A DNA stretch of 64,000 nucleotides from a virus. The translations under genes were made by a program, and so were the position numbers. The notes under the pieces were generated by a model, which saw only the letters and a list, made by a program, of their open reading frames with translations, ran no database searches and was not told the origin of the DNA. Positions 26,098 to 36,173 of the stretch are shown here, piece after piece (within the stretch, counting starts at the first letter, position 1; every line of letters begins with the position of its first letter). Location: positions 1 through 64,000 of IMG/VR virus record IMGVR_UViG_3300043778_000063; one strand, 5' to 3'.

Positions 26098-26767
26098 GAA
26101 AGCAACCGTCGCCATTCCGGCCGCGCCGAAGAGCCAGTTGGTAATCGTCGACGTGGCCCAAGGGAGTCAGGAGTGGTTCGAGGCGCGCCTTGGCATGCCA
26201 TCGGCGTCAAATTTCGGCATCGTGATGGCGAGCGGCCGCGATGGCGACAAATCTCTGACGCGAACCGAATATCTCTATCGGATCGCTGGCGAGATCATCA
26301 CCGGTCGCCCGGCTGAGGAGACGTTCAAGTCACGCGCCATGGAGCGCGGTAAGGAAATGGAGCCAGAAGCGATCGCCGATTATGAGATGCGCCATGGCGT
26401 CTCGGTACGTCGCGTTGGTCTGGGCATTAATTTCTCTGGTTTGAAACGGTGCTGCGCCAGCCCAGATGGAATCGTCGGTTTCGATGGTGGCCTCGAGACA
26501 AAGACGATGCGACCTGATCTGATGATTCCACTCCTTGAACGCGGTGCAAGAATGCCGTCGGAGCATAAGGCCCAGGTCATGGGAAACATGCTCGTCTTCG
26601 AGAAGGATTTCTGGGATTTCAAGATCTTCTACCCGAGGATGCCTGACTTCACGGTTCGCGTCTATCGAGATGATTCTTACATCAAGGAGATGCACAACCA
26701 GATCGAAATCTTCAATCACGAAACGAAGCGCCTGGTCGAGAAGCTTCGCAGCATGGGAGCATCATAA
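26090..26767 (+). CDS. YqaJ/lambda-type exonuclease
   Basis: QGSQEWFEARLG, ERGKEMEP, ASPDG, GLETK, AQVMG. Confidence 0.9.
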   Translation: MAKKATVAIPAAPKSQLVIVDVAQGSQEWFEARLGMPSASNFGIVMASGRDGDKSLTRTEYLYRIAGEIITGRPAEETFKSRAMERGKEMEPEAIADYEMRHGVSVRRVGLGINFSGLKRCCASPDGIVGFDGGLETKTMRPDLMIPLLERGARMPSEHKAQVMGNMLVFEKDFWDFKIFYPRMPDFTVRVYRDDSYIKEMHNQIEIFNHETKRLVEKLRSMGAS

Positions 26768-27036
26768 TGGGTATGTTCAATCCGGATAAGGACGAGGAAA
26801 AATCCTTCGGCCCTCTGCCACAACCGCGGCAAATTGGAGACGGCGGCCCTGCGTTTCCGAGCGGAGATGGTCAAGCCGGCGGAGGACCGAATCACTACTA
26901 TGGCATGAGGCTTCGTGACTGGTTCGCTGGCCAGGTCCTCGCCGGATCGGCCCGCCAGTTCGACAAGCCGTCCGGCGCCGCGAAATGGGCCTATGACGTC
27001 GCAGAGGCGATGCTGAAAGAGCGGGAACGGACCTGA
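26767..27036 (+). CDS. Conserved phage protein (GGPAFP...GMxLRDWFA family)
   Basis: Motif visible. Confidence 0.8.
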   Translation: MGMFNPDKDEEKSFGPLPQPRQIGDGGPAFPSGDGQAGGGPNHYYGMRLRDWFAGQVLAGSARQFDKPSGAAKWAYDVAEAMLKERERT

Positions 27037-27584
27037 TGCCGGCCGGCAAACCACGCAGCGCGAAGCTCCGACCAATCATCTGTATTTGGGACGGTCAGCA
27101 TATGATCCCCCTTCCCCGGTTCGATCGGCTTTGCGCTGCGCAGTTTGTCGTCAACGAAGAATACCCTCTGATGCTGGTCGAGAATCGTTCGCTGGCATCG
27201 CACAACCATTATTTCGCGGCATTGACCGAGGCCTTCGAAAATTTGGCTGAAGAGTACGCCCAGGAATTCGATTCGGTGGAGCATCTTCGCGCGTGGTGTC
27301 TCTGCATGGAGGGGTTTTGCACCCAGACACGATACGAACTCAATACGGCCGCCGATGCCAGGGTGCTACGAGACGTGCTGAAGGTGCAGGACAAGGCCAC
27401 GATTGTGAAGATAAACGGGTCGGTCGCGATCGTCTACACGCCAGAGTCTCAGGCGATGTATGGCCCGAACAGAATGCATAAGGACAGGTTCCAGGCTAGT
27501 AAGGATGCAGTCCTCGCTCGAGCTGCATCGATGGCGCGGACCACGCCGGCGGAACTGAAGAAGAACGCGGGGCAATCAGCATGA
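27036..27584 (+). CDS. Hypothetical protein (NinB/DUF1367-like)
   Basis: RSLASHNHYFA...EHLR...F..SK. Confidence 0.7.
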   Translation: MPAGKPRSAKLRPIICIWDGQHMIPLPRFDRLCAAQFVVNEEYPLMLVENRSLASHNHYFAALTEAFENLAEEYAQEFDSVEHLRAWCLCMEGFCTQTRYELNTAADARVLRDVLKVQDKATIVKINGSVAIVYTPESQAMYGPNRMHKDRFQASKDAVLARAASMARTTPAELKKNAGQSA

Positions 27585-27907
27585 GCCTGAACGTATCGAC
27601 ACTGGCGCAGCAGATCGAGGCGATCGAGCAAGTCATCATCGCGCACCGGAGGCGAGGAGAGCCGGCCGGCAATGCGGAGATGTTCGAAGCGCTCACGGCG
27701 ATTGCTGCGGATCTGCGGGCAAGGTCGAAGCTCCCGAACAGCGCCGCACTCACCGAGCTTGAAAAGGTCATGTTTCGGATGAAGGCGGCCAAGACCTCGC
27801 ACGGCTGGTACGACGAAGGCAAGATGATTGCGGTCGCGAATGTAGTGGTCGCCAACTGGCACACGATCAGGCAGGCGCTGGAGAGATTCTCGGAGACGGA
27901 GACATGA
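27581..27907 (+). CDS. Hypothetical protein
   Basis: ATGA overlaps. Confidence 0.65.
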   Translation: MSLNVSTLAQQIEAIEQVIIAHRRRGEPAGNAEMFEALTAIAADLRARSKLPNSAALTELEKVMFRMKAAKTSHGWYDEGKMIAVANVVVANWHTIRQALERFSETET

Positions 27908-28086
27908 AGGATTACAACGGAAGGGAAATAAAAATCGGAGATCGGGTTTGCTGGGCCTCTGATCAATTGCGAGGATGGAAGCTTGGAGTCGTCGTCCAAA
28001 TCGTCGACGACAAAATGGTTACTCTGTCTGGCCCGTTCTGGAGGTCGGCCCGAGGTTTCGACTTAGTAGTCGAATCCGAATCATGA
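27904..28086 (+). CDS. Small SH3-like hypothetical protein
   Basis: DYNGREIKIGDRV. Confidence 0.6.
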   Translation: MKDYNGREIKIGDRVCWASDQLRGWKLGVVVQIVDDKMVTLSGPFWRSARGFDLVVESES

Positions 28087-28379
28087 GCGACCCGCACGAA
28101 TACGACGACGATCTTGACGACAGCGAGTGCTGGAATTGCGGCGGCGTCGGCCGGGTGAATGATTGCATCGACGGGTGCTGCGTTGATCAGGATGATCCGT
28201 GGTGCCCATACTGCTCGAAGCGCTGCGATATCTGCAATCCGAAACGGAAAGAGGAGAAGACCGATGTCGCATGTTACGGGTCCGAAGGAGATGCAGCGCA
28301 GACAAATGCGGGAGGACCGCCACGCCAAGAAGAGCGGCAAGAAGCCCTCGACTTCGGACCTCAGAGCCCAGATTGCTAA
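28083..28379 (+). CDS. Zn-finger-like hypothetical protein
   Basis: CWNCGG...CPYC..CDIC. Confidence 0.55.
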   Translation: MSDPHEYDDDLDDSECWNCGGVGRVNDCIDGCCVDQDDPWCPYCSKRCDICNPKRKEEKTDVACYGSEGDAAQTNAGGPPRQEERQEALDFGPQSPDC

Positions 28380-28421
28380 GACGCAAGGGGCGAAGAAAAT
28401 CAGGTCCGGCGGAAGGAAGAA

Positions 28422-28898
28422 ATGATGAAGCGCGAGCGCCCGCCAATGCCGCCTGTTGCTATATGCGCAATCGTCGCAGAACGGCAATTCCTTGCGATGA
28501 ATCCATCTGTCGGAGAGATCTATGCTCTTCTCAAGAAGGATTGGAGTACGACGCGCCGCTTGCAATGGATGCTGAGCCGGATATTCGAGGATGGCGAGAA
28601 CGTCACGCCGCATGCTCTTGATCACGATCCTGCTCTGATCCTGCGGCCCTACAATTCCCGCATCAGGGACGTCGCCGCGCGCTACACGCCGCACGCTCAT
28701 TCCGCAGATCATCTGATCTACCGTGCGAAGGATGAACACCAGCAGAAGACCACCGGGCGACGCCCGGGCGCCGAGCGAACAATCACGACAAAGGGCAGCG
28801 ATATCGGGATCAAAACCAAGTTCGCCCGGCTGGAACGCGGCCCGAGGCGTAAGGCGAAGATACCAAGCCATCCATTCCCGAAGAGGGCAAAGCGATGA
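28422..28898 (+). CDS. Hypothetical protein (degenerate HNH-like)
   Basis: LDHDPAL...H..KT; basic tail. Confidence 0.65.
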   Translation: MMKRERPPMPPVAICAIVAERQFLAMNPSVGEIYALLKKDWSTTRRLQWMLSRIFEDGENVTPHALDHDPALILRPYNSRIRDVAARYTPHAHSADHLIYRAKDEHQQKTTGRRPGAERTITTKGSDIGIKTKFARLERGPRRKAKIPSHPFPKRAKR

Positions 28899-29104
28899 CG
28901 ACGCGAACCGCAGTCCTGATCGACGAGCGCGACCGCCGAGTCGGGAAGGTCCAGGTCCCCGAGATCTGTTTCGTGATCCAGCACAATGGATGCACGTTCG
29001 TCCGGACGGAGAAGACGGTTCGGCTGCACCACTCGCATCGCGCATTCGCGGTGGTGTTTGATCAGACGGAAATTTTCATCCGCGAGCGGCTGGAGGCGAT
29101 ATGA
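28895..29104 (+). CDS. Hypothetical protein
   Basis: ATGA overlaps. Confidence 0.55.
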   Translation: MTTRTAVLIDERDRRVGKVQVPEICFVIQHNGCTFVRTEKTVRLHHSHRAFAVVFDQTEIFIRERLEAI

Positions 29105-29760
29105 CCGAGCAGCTCGGGCTATTCGCCGGCGCTGTCGAGCCCCGCCAGCATCCTCGACCGTCGGAGCCGATCATTCGTTCGGCCGACATCGAAGGGCCGT
29201 ACCGCTGGTCGATGACGCGCGCCTGGGGCGCTGGCCCGCATGTCCTATGGGGATTGCTCAACCCGTCTGACGCTGACGGCAGGCGAGACGATCCGACGAC
29301 GCTTCGCATGATGCAGTTCAGCTATTCATGGGGCTTCGGGTCAATGACGGTCGTCAACGTCTATCCGTTCATTTCGTCCACGCCGAAGGAAATGATCGCT
29401 TGGCGGCACACGTTCGATCACAAGACGCACGAAGCACTCGGGATGCCACTGTGGGAAACCGGCATCGACCGCGGAAGTTGGTCCGCCTTCCTGCATAATC
29501 AGCGGATCATTTCCGGGCTGATCACCGAGGAAACTACCTGCGTCGCCGCTTGGGGTCTCGGCCCCGACCCGATCGACCTGCAGAACTTCCTGGTCGGCGT
29601 CTGCATGCGCGTTCAGGACACCGAGTATGGCTGCGTTCCGATCCCGCCGACGTGGCATTGCATCGGAACGACATCCGATGGAAGCCCGATCCACCCTCTC
29701 GCGCGCGGACGCAACCGCGTCCCCGAAGGAACCGAATTGCGGAAATGGAAGAGGACGTGA
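29101..29760 (+). CDS. DUF1643-family protein
   Basis: YRW...LNPSDAD..DDPT...VNVY...AAWG...P.HPL. Confidence 0.85.
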   Translation: MTEQLGLFAGAVEPRQHPRPSEPIIRSADIEGPYRWSMTRAWGAGPHVLWGLLNPSDADGRRDDPTTLRMMQFSYSWGFGSMTVVNVYPFISSTPKEMIAWRHTFDHKTHEALGMPLWETGIDRGSWSAFLHNQRIISGLITEETTCVAAWGLGPDPIDLQNFLVGVCMRVQDTEYGCVPIPPTWHCIGTTSDGSPIHPLARGRNRVPEGTELRKWKRT

Positions 29761-29993
29761 TGGACGGAATCGAAATCGGAGAACGGTGGCGACATCGCAA
29801 ACGCGGTATCGTTTACGAGATCATCGCTACCAGTGCGAACCTGCAGTGCTCGGCCGCACCGGAGTTCGAAGCAATGTTCGATGATGACCATTTCATCGTC
29901 TACAAAAGCGTCAGAACCGGAGCATTTTGGATTCGTCCTGCTCCAGAATTTTTGGATGGTCGGTTTGAGAAGGTAGAACAGGAAGAATCATGA
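29760..29993 (+). CDS. DUF1653-like protein
   Basis: WRHRKRG.VYEII...VY...WIRP..EFLDGRF. Confidence 0.75.
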   Translation: MDGIEIGERWRHRKRGIVYEIIATSANLQCSAAPEFEAMFDDDHFIVYKSVRTGAFWIRPAPEFLDGRFEKVEQEES

Positions 29994-30811
29994 GCAAATA
30001 TTTCGACGACCAGCCGATTGTCCGCGGCGCCGATGTGATCTATCGGCCGGCTGGAAATGCCGGCGAATACGCTCCGTTGGCGACCAATCCGTGGAAGGGT
30101 TGCGGGCATGGCTGCAAATATTGCTATGTTCCGAACGCCACCCACATCGATCGCAAACTATTCAATGCTGGAGCCATCTATCGGGGGCCCGAATACGAGC
30201 GGCGGCTGGACCGCGACATCGACCGCCACCGGCATCTGTCAGGGACGGCGGCCGAGCAGGTCTTCATCACGTTCAGCAGCGATCCGTTCCACCCGCATGG
30301 CCGTCTGATCGAGACCACCGGCGTCGTAATGGAAAAACTTCGGCTGGGTGGTCTCGCCTATTGCACGCTGTCAAAGGGCGGCACCCGGGCACTACCGTTC
30401 CTGAAATGCTACCGGCCAGATCGCGATGCCTATGCTTGCACGCTGACGACGCTTGATGATGATTTCTCGCGGAAATGGGAACCGAACGCCGCATTGCCGG
30501 CGGATCGAATTGAAGCCTTGCAGGCCTTCCACAACGCCGGCATCTTCACGTGGGTCTCGCTCGAGCCAACGCTTGATGTCGACGCCAGCCTCAACATCGT
30601 TTGGGAGACGCATCAGTTCGTTGATCTCTACAAGATCGGCCGCGCTAACTACCTCAAAGAGATCACGCGAACTACAGACTGGCGCGATTACACCATCCAC
30701 ATGATTGCGCTCTGCCAGGACCTCGGCGTTAGGCACTACATCAAGAAGGACCTGCAAGAATTTTTGCCGCCCGGCTATCCCAACCCGCTGCGGGTTCAGC
30801 AGCATCACTAG
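29990..30811 (+). CDS. Radical SAM protein (SPL-like)
   Basis: GCGHGCKYCY CxxxCxxC motif; SSDP; WVSLEP. Confidence 0.88.
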   Translation: MSKYFDDQPIVRGADVIYRPAGNAGEYAPLATNPWKGCGHGCKYCYVPNATHIDRKLFNAGAIYRGPEYERRLDRDIDRHRHLSGTAAEQVFITFSSDPFHPHGRLIETTGVVMEKLRLGGLAYCTLSKGGTRALPFLKCYRPDRDAYACTLTTLDDDFSRKWEPNAALPADRIEALQAFHNAGIFTWVSLEPTLDVDASLNIVWETHQFVDLYKIGRANYLKEITRTTDWRDYTIHMIALCQDLGVRHYIKKDLQEFLPPGYPNPLRVQQHH

Positions 30812-30820
30812 GAGAACGAA

Positions 30821-31519
30821 ATGACGATCGAAACGCATGTGGTGGACATGAGCAAATACGCCGTCAGAGGGAAGCTTTCCGTGACCCGATCTGAATCCGC
30901 GCCATCCTCGTTAATGGACGCTGACCTGAGCGACGCAGCATTGATTCACCGTGCGTCCGTGATCGTCGGCTATGCGGCGGCGATTACCGCGGCAATCCTG
31001 ATGCTGATCTTTATCGCGGTTCTCATTTTCATCCCGATCCCGGCAAAAGCCGAGAGCGCCGGCAAGATCACGATTGCCCAAGCCGCCGCGATGACCACGG
31101 CGCTGCGCAACATGGACGGCCACATTATCGTCGTGAAACAGGGCGGCATCGACAACATGGTGATGATCCCGTGGGACTTCGGGTCGGCATCCCTGCGGCT
31201 CCGAATCGCGAGCGACATTGCGATCCTTGATGGCGTCGCGAGATCGGTCGAAGCATCCCGGCAGGCGATCATTAAGGAACTCCTCGCAAAGGCGAATGAG
31301 CGGACCCCGGACAAGTCGGTGACCGAGATCAAGCCGAGCACGCCCGAATATGACGAGTTCCAGCGCCAGTACGCCGACCTCAATGCGAGCCCCGCGCCTG
31401 GAACCCAGGACCTCGCCCGGATCAAGGCCAGCGAACTCCACATGGACCGGAACGATATACCGGTGACGGTCCTTTCCGCGCTTGGCCCCATCCTAGACGA
31501 CGACGTTTCCGCCAAATAG
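30821..31519 (+). CDS. Membrane-anchored or exported hypothetical protein
   Basis: Long hydrophobic segment ending PAKA. Confidence 0.65.
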   Translation: MTIETHVVDMSKYAVRGKLSVTRSESAPSSLMDADLSDAALIHRASVIVGYAAAITAAILMLIFIAVLIFIPIPAKAESAGKITIAQAAAMTTALRNMDGHIIVVKQGGIDNMVMIPWDFGSASLRLRIASDIAILDGVARSVEASRQAIIKELLAKANERTPDKSVTEIKPSTPEYDEFQRQYADLNASPAPGTQDLARIKASELHMDRNDIPVTVLSALGPILDDDVSAK

Positions 31520-31644
31520 ACCCGCGCCGGGCCGCATTCTGGCCCATGCGCGTCATTCCGAACCGTCCGCTACGGTCGTCTACCCCAAAACCAACCGCGC
31601 CCAGCGGCCTCCTCTGGGGCGTCATCCCGAAACAGGAGTTCCCC

Positions 31645-32187
31645 ATGGCACCACCCTTTGTCGAGCGACTTCGCGACCGCCAGATGGCCGAAGCCGTCCT
31701 TTCCATGCCAGATCCGGAATCGATTCGAACGGTTCCCCGCGCCCGCGACAATCCGATCCTCCGCGCCGCCGAGGACCTCGCCGCCAGTTGGGAGGAGATG
31801 CGCCTGGAACGCGACGAGGCGCGCCTTGCCGCCGAGCGGGACCGGCAGGAGAACCTGCGCCTGAGCGAACGGGTTGACGCGCTCGAGCGCGAGCTCCGGG
31901 AAAAAGTCGCGTTCCTGGTCGAGGAGGCCGACGACGAGAAGCGGCGCGCCCTGGACTTTCACGGCCAGGCGCAGGGGCTCCGGGCAAGTTTCTCGGTCAT
32001 CGTGCAGGCGCTGCTTTATGTGGTCCAAGCCGATGCCGCCGCCGGCGGCGTTCTTCCCAAGCCGCCCCCGATCGAGGAGCAGCCCGCAGCGCACCCTGCG
32101 CCTGAGGGTCGTGCCATCCATCCGATGGACCTCGACGATATCTCCAGCATCCTGCAGCGGCTGCCGCCGAACAGCCTGAAGAGGTAA
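31645..32187 (+). CDS. Coiled-coil hypothetical protein
   Basis: RBS AGGAG. Confidence 0.65.
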   Translation: MAPPFVERLRDRQMAEAVLSMPDPESIRTVPRARDNPILRAAEDLAASWEEMRLERDEARLAAERDRQENLRLSERVDALERELREKVAFLVEEADDEKRRALDFHGQAQGLRASFSVIVQALLYVVQADAAAGGVLPKPPPIEEQPAAHPAPEGRAIHPMDLDDISSILQRLPPNSLKR

Positions 32188-32324
32188 CCAATGAACCGCA
32201 ACAGCATATTCGACCCCACCGCATGGATCATGATACCAATCGGCATCACGCTTGCTTTTTGGCAGGCGGTTCTTATGGGCAATCCGCCGCCGGTCATGCG
32301 CGATAGGTTGGGGAAATTGGGCAA

Positions 32325-32528
32325 GTGAGCGCCCTTGAGCCGATCGGGCATCGATCCTGCTCGAACTGCGGCAACTGGAACAAATCGATCTCGGTTCCAG
32401 AGGATGACGTGATGAAAGCGTTGTGCTGCGTCGACAATGAGGTCCGGAGCGGCGGCTATCGGTGCGGATCGTGGATTCGAAGGATCGACTGGCTCAAGGC
32501 GCCTCCGGCTCGACCTTACGAAATGTGA
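32325..32528 (+). CDS. Cys-rich hypothetical protein
   Basis: CSNCGNW. Confidence 0.45.
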   Translation: MSALEPIGHRSCSNCGNWNKSISVPEDDVMKALCCVDNEVRSGGYRCGSWIRRIDWLKAPPARPYEM

Positions 32529-32682
32529 CCTCCCAGGTCTCGCCGATCGCGAATTGAACGATCGCCTTTGAGATCTGGCCCATCAGATGCGATCCGCCGT
32601 CCAGCGGATCAGGCTTCAGCAGGAACATGTCCTCCCCGTTCTTCGATACGGTCGCGAGGCATTTCCACTGCACCGAGGCCAT
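32494..32682 (-). CDS. Hypothetical protein
   Basis: Last gene of the late operon. Confidence 0.55.
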   Translation of the reverse strand: MASVQWKCLATVSKNGEDMFLLKPDPLDGGSHLMGQISKAIVQFAIGETWEVTFRKVEPEAP

Positions 32683-32683
32683 G

Positions 32684-33307
32684 TCACTTCTGCGATTGAT
32701 TTTTCAACTCGACCTCGAGCTTTGAAATCCTCTCGATCAGGGACTCCAGCGACGGAAGCTTGTCGCGTTCGTCGGACCTGATCTGGTCAATTTCCTTTTC
32801 AGTTATGGACTGCCTGGTCTGGAGATTCCCGCGCTCGACGTTCTCACCGGCATGCTCCACAATCCGATTGGTTTCGTCGTCCTTCAGTTTAGCGACATCC
32901 ATAGAATCGATCTGCACGTGAGTTTGGAGGCTGCCCAATTGAATCGCGCCGGAGATAAGCGCGATCACTATCGCCACGATGATGCTGACTCCTCCGATCA
33001 GGATCGCGGGATTGGTCTTTCCCAGCAGATCGACCTTGTCGGAGAGCGCCTTATATTGGGCGTTGTATTCGATCGACTTTACGAACGTGATATTCTGATC
33101 GATCAAAGTCTGACGAAACTCGTTGACGCTATCGAATCGCTTCTCAAGCGCCTTTCCTGCGACATCAACTGCGGCAAGAGCGGCTGCGAATCTTTCTTGC
33201 GCCAATTCCTTCGCCGCACCGATTCTCTCGATCGATAGATCCTCGGCTTTGGATAGGCGGTCCTCGAATTCCTTTTTGGTGACCAAGCGATGAACCTCGG
33301 CGGTCAT
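32684..33307 (-). CDS. Membrane protein with coiled coils (lysis region)
   Basis: Central TM segment; KRFDSVNEFRQTL. Confidence 0.7.
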   Translation of the reverse strand: MTAEVHRLVTKKEFEDRLSKAEDLSIERIGAAKELAQERFAAALAAVDVAGKALEKRFDSVNEFRQTLIDQNITFVKSIEYNAQYKALSDKVDLLGKTNPAILIGGVSIIVAIVIALISGAIQLGSLQTHVQIDSMDVAKLKDDETNRIVEHAGENVERGNLQTRQSITEKEIDQIRSDERDKLPSLESLIERISKLEVELKNQSQK

Positions 33308-33311
33308 GTCC

Positions 33312-33755
33312 CTATCCCCAATACCATGCCGTCGAGACTACAACGGCCGCGACCGACAGCATCCACGGCCAATTCCCAAGCGCTCGTTGCGTCAGGAAAT
33401 AGGTCACCCCGACGCGCCCAATGATCAGGAAGAACGCCCCGATGATCATCAGCGTGACCTGGGTGGAATTCATAGGACCGCCCCCACCTCCGATCCCGAT
33501 CCGGCGCCAATACCAGACGGTAACCCGCGTGATGGCGGCGCCGGCGCCCTCGAAACACAGCAGCCCGGCGACGCCGATCAGGCATCGATAGATGTCGTCC
33601 TCGTCGAATCTCTCGAACTTGATCGGGCTGAGATGCCCGCTCAGAAGCCGAAATAGCTCGTAAATGTAGACGAACAAAACGAGGAGCATGATCACAGCGA
33701 CGATGGCCGACTCTGTGTTCGCGTATTCATTGAGAGCGATCAGCGTTTGCATCAT
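33312..33755 (-). CDS. Four-TM membrane protein (holin candidate)
   Basis: Four hydrophobic segments; lysis region. Confidence 0.6.
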   Translation of the reverse strand: MMQTLIALNEYANTESAIVAVIMLLVLFVYIYELFRLLSGHLSPIKFERFDEDDIYRCLIGVAGLLCFEGAGAAITRVTVWYWRRIGIGGGGGPMNSTQVTLMIIGAFFLIIGRVGVTYFLTQRALGNWPWMLSVAAVVVSTAWYWG

Positions 33756-33934
33756 TCGTCATCCTCATGTTCTTCATTGAAGTGGATGGATATCGCGATC
33801 AGAGGATCAAGCTTGGCGCATAGAATCGATGTGCGCTCTTTGAGACGTTCCGCAGCGACGTGAACTCGATCTGATTCGTCGAGGCGATGAGGCCTGCCGG
33901 TCAGTTTTTCCCACAGCCTCACCCATATGGTCAT
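33752..33934 (-). CDS. Hypothetical protein
   Basis: ATGA overlaps at both ends. Confidence 0.5.
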   Translation of the reverse strand: MTIWVRLWEKLTGRPHRLDESDRVHVAAERLKERTSILCAKLDPLIAISIHFNEEHEDDE

Positions 33935-34224
33935 CGCCGGCCTCGCCCATTCGGCTTCACGTTCAGAACTCGATCGAAAATTCCGTTCGTTGACCGTTGC
34001 ACTTCGGCCATCTTGTCGATTGCGCTCGCGGTGTCGTTCATTGATTCGGTGGTGTCTCTCGACACCTGCTTCAGCTCGGCCTGTGCCGATTTCCGCTCGT
34101 CCCGTTCCATCCACCACCTGAACTCCGCGGACACCCACAGGATCGCGAAGGCTCCAGCGATCCCATGTGCTGCGATGAACGCGAACACTTTTTCGAGAAA
34201 ATCGCCCAAGCTCTCCAGGGTCAT
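33931..34224 (-). CDS. Holin/antiholin-like single-TM protein
   Basis: N-terminal TM plus coiled coil. Confidence 0.55.
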   Translation of the reverse strand: MTLESLGDFLEKVFAFIAAHGIAGAFAILWVSAEFRWWMERDERKSAQAELKQVSRDTTESMNDTASAIDKMAEVQRSTNGIFDRVLNVKPNGRGRR

Positions 34225-34350
34225 CGGGTAGCATCCTACTCTCCGAAATTGTCCTGGGCGACCAAAAACAAACGGCCCTGATTCCTGCATATATGGAATC
34301 AAGGCCGGTTGCATCAGTTGTCATGATTCGCGCGATGCGCGCGATCCGAT

Positions 34351-35091
34351 TCAGAACTCGACAGCGACGCCGGCGAGATACTTCGTCCCGACGGTCGACG
34401 TCACGCCGACCGGGCCACCGAACGTGACGCCTTTGTTTTGAAATACGGTCTCGACGTACTCGCGAACGGCAGAACCGTTGCTGAGTTGCTCCATCAGGTC
34501 GAACTCGATTTTTGGCGAGAACGACCAGACTTTGTTGGATCCGGCGCCGAGAAAGGCGACCGTGACGTCGTCCGCGCGGAAGCCTGCGCCAAAGCCGGCT
34601 TGAACGTTACTTGCAGTGACGCCGACCGGCAGCAACGGGAACGGGGCTACGCTGCTGAACGGATTCGGCAAGCTCAGCAGACCCAACGCGTTCTGGATGG
34701 TCGAAACAGGCGTCCATATCAGTCCGGTACCCTCGAATGAGACCGGGCCCGAGACCGAGAAGCCAGCGTTGGCGCCGTTGAAATTAGTCGCGCTGACTTT
34801 GCCCTCGATCGCATAGGCGAACATGCTGCTTTTGCTGCCCCAGGCATAGCCGGCATTCAGGCCAACACCCGCCGTGGTCGTGGTCAGGCTGGCCGGGTTA
34901 ACGCCAGGGACACTGGCGACCACCGGGCCGCCGCCGGCCTCGGTGAAGATGCCGGCGTAGAAGCCGGAAGTGCCGAACGGATAGCCGGTAAAGACGGGGG
35001 TTGCTGGCGCCTTGACGGCCATGTCCGCAGCAAGCGCGGGACCGGCCAGGAAAGCCGCGGCGATCGCCGCAATGCGGAGGAAGTTCTTCAT
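34351..35091 (-). CDS. Outer-membrane beta-barrel protein (Omp25/RopB-like)
   Basis: Signal peptide, ADMAVKAP, GFYAG, terminal Phe (VAVEF). Confidence 0.8.
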   Translation of the reverse strand: MKNFLRIAAIAAAFLAGPALAADMAVKAPATPVFTGYPFGTSGFYAGIFTEAGGGPVVASVPGVNPASLTTTTAGVGLNAGYAWGSKSSMFAYAIEGKVSATNFNGANAGFSVSGPVSFEGTGLIWTPVSTIQNALGLLSLPNPFSSVAPFPLLPVGVTASNVQAGFGAGFRADDVTVAFLGAGSNKVWSFSPKIEFDLMEQLSNGSAVREYVETVFQNKGVTFGGPVGVTSTVGTKYLAGVAVEF

Positions 35092-35208
35092 GGAGTGTCC
35101 TCTCAAGGGGTGACGGAATGCGCAGGAAGGTACGCGCCGACCACGTCAGGCCGAAAGAGGATTTACGGCGGCGCGCGTCAGATTATCTCCGACTGCGGCA
35201 TTTATACA

Positions 35209-35451
35209 TCACCGCCGTTCGCCGGTCTGTTCGCATCCGTAGCGGCCGCAGGGATGATAGCCAGCCTCGATAGCATCCTTGGACCACGATTGCGGGATCC
35301 AAAATCGCTGTTCCGAATCCAGCGATAGCGGCACACCGCGGACTTGAGCGCTGGTCGTGCAGCAATCCGGAGTTACCGAAAACATCACCATGCGTTCGGC
35401 CGCGGCCGCAGGAATCACCGAGGCCAGCAGCGCCGCAATGACCCGGTTCAT
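35209..35451 (-). CDS. Small exported hypothetical protein
   Basis: Signal-like N-terminus; Cys residues. Confidence 0.45.
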   Translation of the reverse strand: MNRVIAALLASVIPAAAAERMVMFSVTPDCCTTSAQVRGVPLSLDSEQRFWIPQSWSKDAIEAGYHPCGRYGCEQTGERR

Positions 35452-36164
35452 GCGGCCGTCAGCGGCGCCGTGGGGGGAACGAGGAAGCTCGGCGGGGCTG
35501 TTGCCGAAGGCACAATGGGGCGGTCCGTGACCGGAACCGGCGGCTCCGGGCTGTCCTTGTGCGCGTCGGCGATGATGGCGGCGCCTGCGGTCGTCTGCGG
35601 GATGGCATCGATGATTTTGGCGGCGACCACGTCGGGCGTCAGGCCGAACCGCTTGAGCACCCCGGGTATTGCCAGCGACGCCTGATTCGCCGCGCGCGCC
35701 AACATCGCGTTATCGACCTGCACGGACTTCCCGCTCATTCTGACGGCGCCATCGGAGATCAGCGACGCAGCGCGGTTCTGGAGGAACGTCGTCAGCGCGT
35801 TGCGATGCCCCTGGTCGAGGTCGATATTCCACTTCGATTTCAGCACGGTTGCCATGTAGCCGACGAGCGCCAGGATCAGCGCATTGGCAACCGAGTCGAT
35901 GTACGGCTCAAGCCAGCCGAAGGCGGAAAACTGGATGAGGCCACCGGAGGGCGGCGCCGGCGCCGAAATCAGCGCAACCTTGCCGCCATCATCCTTCTGC
36001 AGCTGCGCCTGTCCGATCGCCACCGGACCGCCCACTCGCTGGGACGCCACCACATCGGCCGTCGCCGGCATCGGCACGCCCTCCGGGTGGATGTTATTGA
36101 ACTGCGCGGCCGCCGGCAGAACCAAGGCCAGCAGCATGGCCGGGACGATGAGAAGTCGGCGCAT
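35448..36164 (-). CDS. Exported/membrane protein, lysis accessory candidate
   Basis: Signal peptide plus internal TM; near the endolysin. Confidence 0.7.
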   Translation of the reverse strand: MRRLLIVPAMLLALVLPAAAQFNNIHPEGVPMPATADVVASQRVGGPVAIGQAQLQKDDGGKVALISAPAPPSGGLIQFSAFGWLEPYIDSVANALILALVGYMATVLKSKWNIDLDQGHRNALTTFLQNRAASLISDGAVRMSGKSVQVDNAMLARAANQASLAIPGVLKRFGLTPDVVAAKIIDAIPQTTAGAAIIADAHKDSPEPPVPVTDRPIVPSATAPPSFLVPPTAPLTAA

Positions 36165-36173
36165 CAGGATCTC

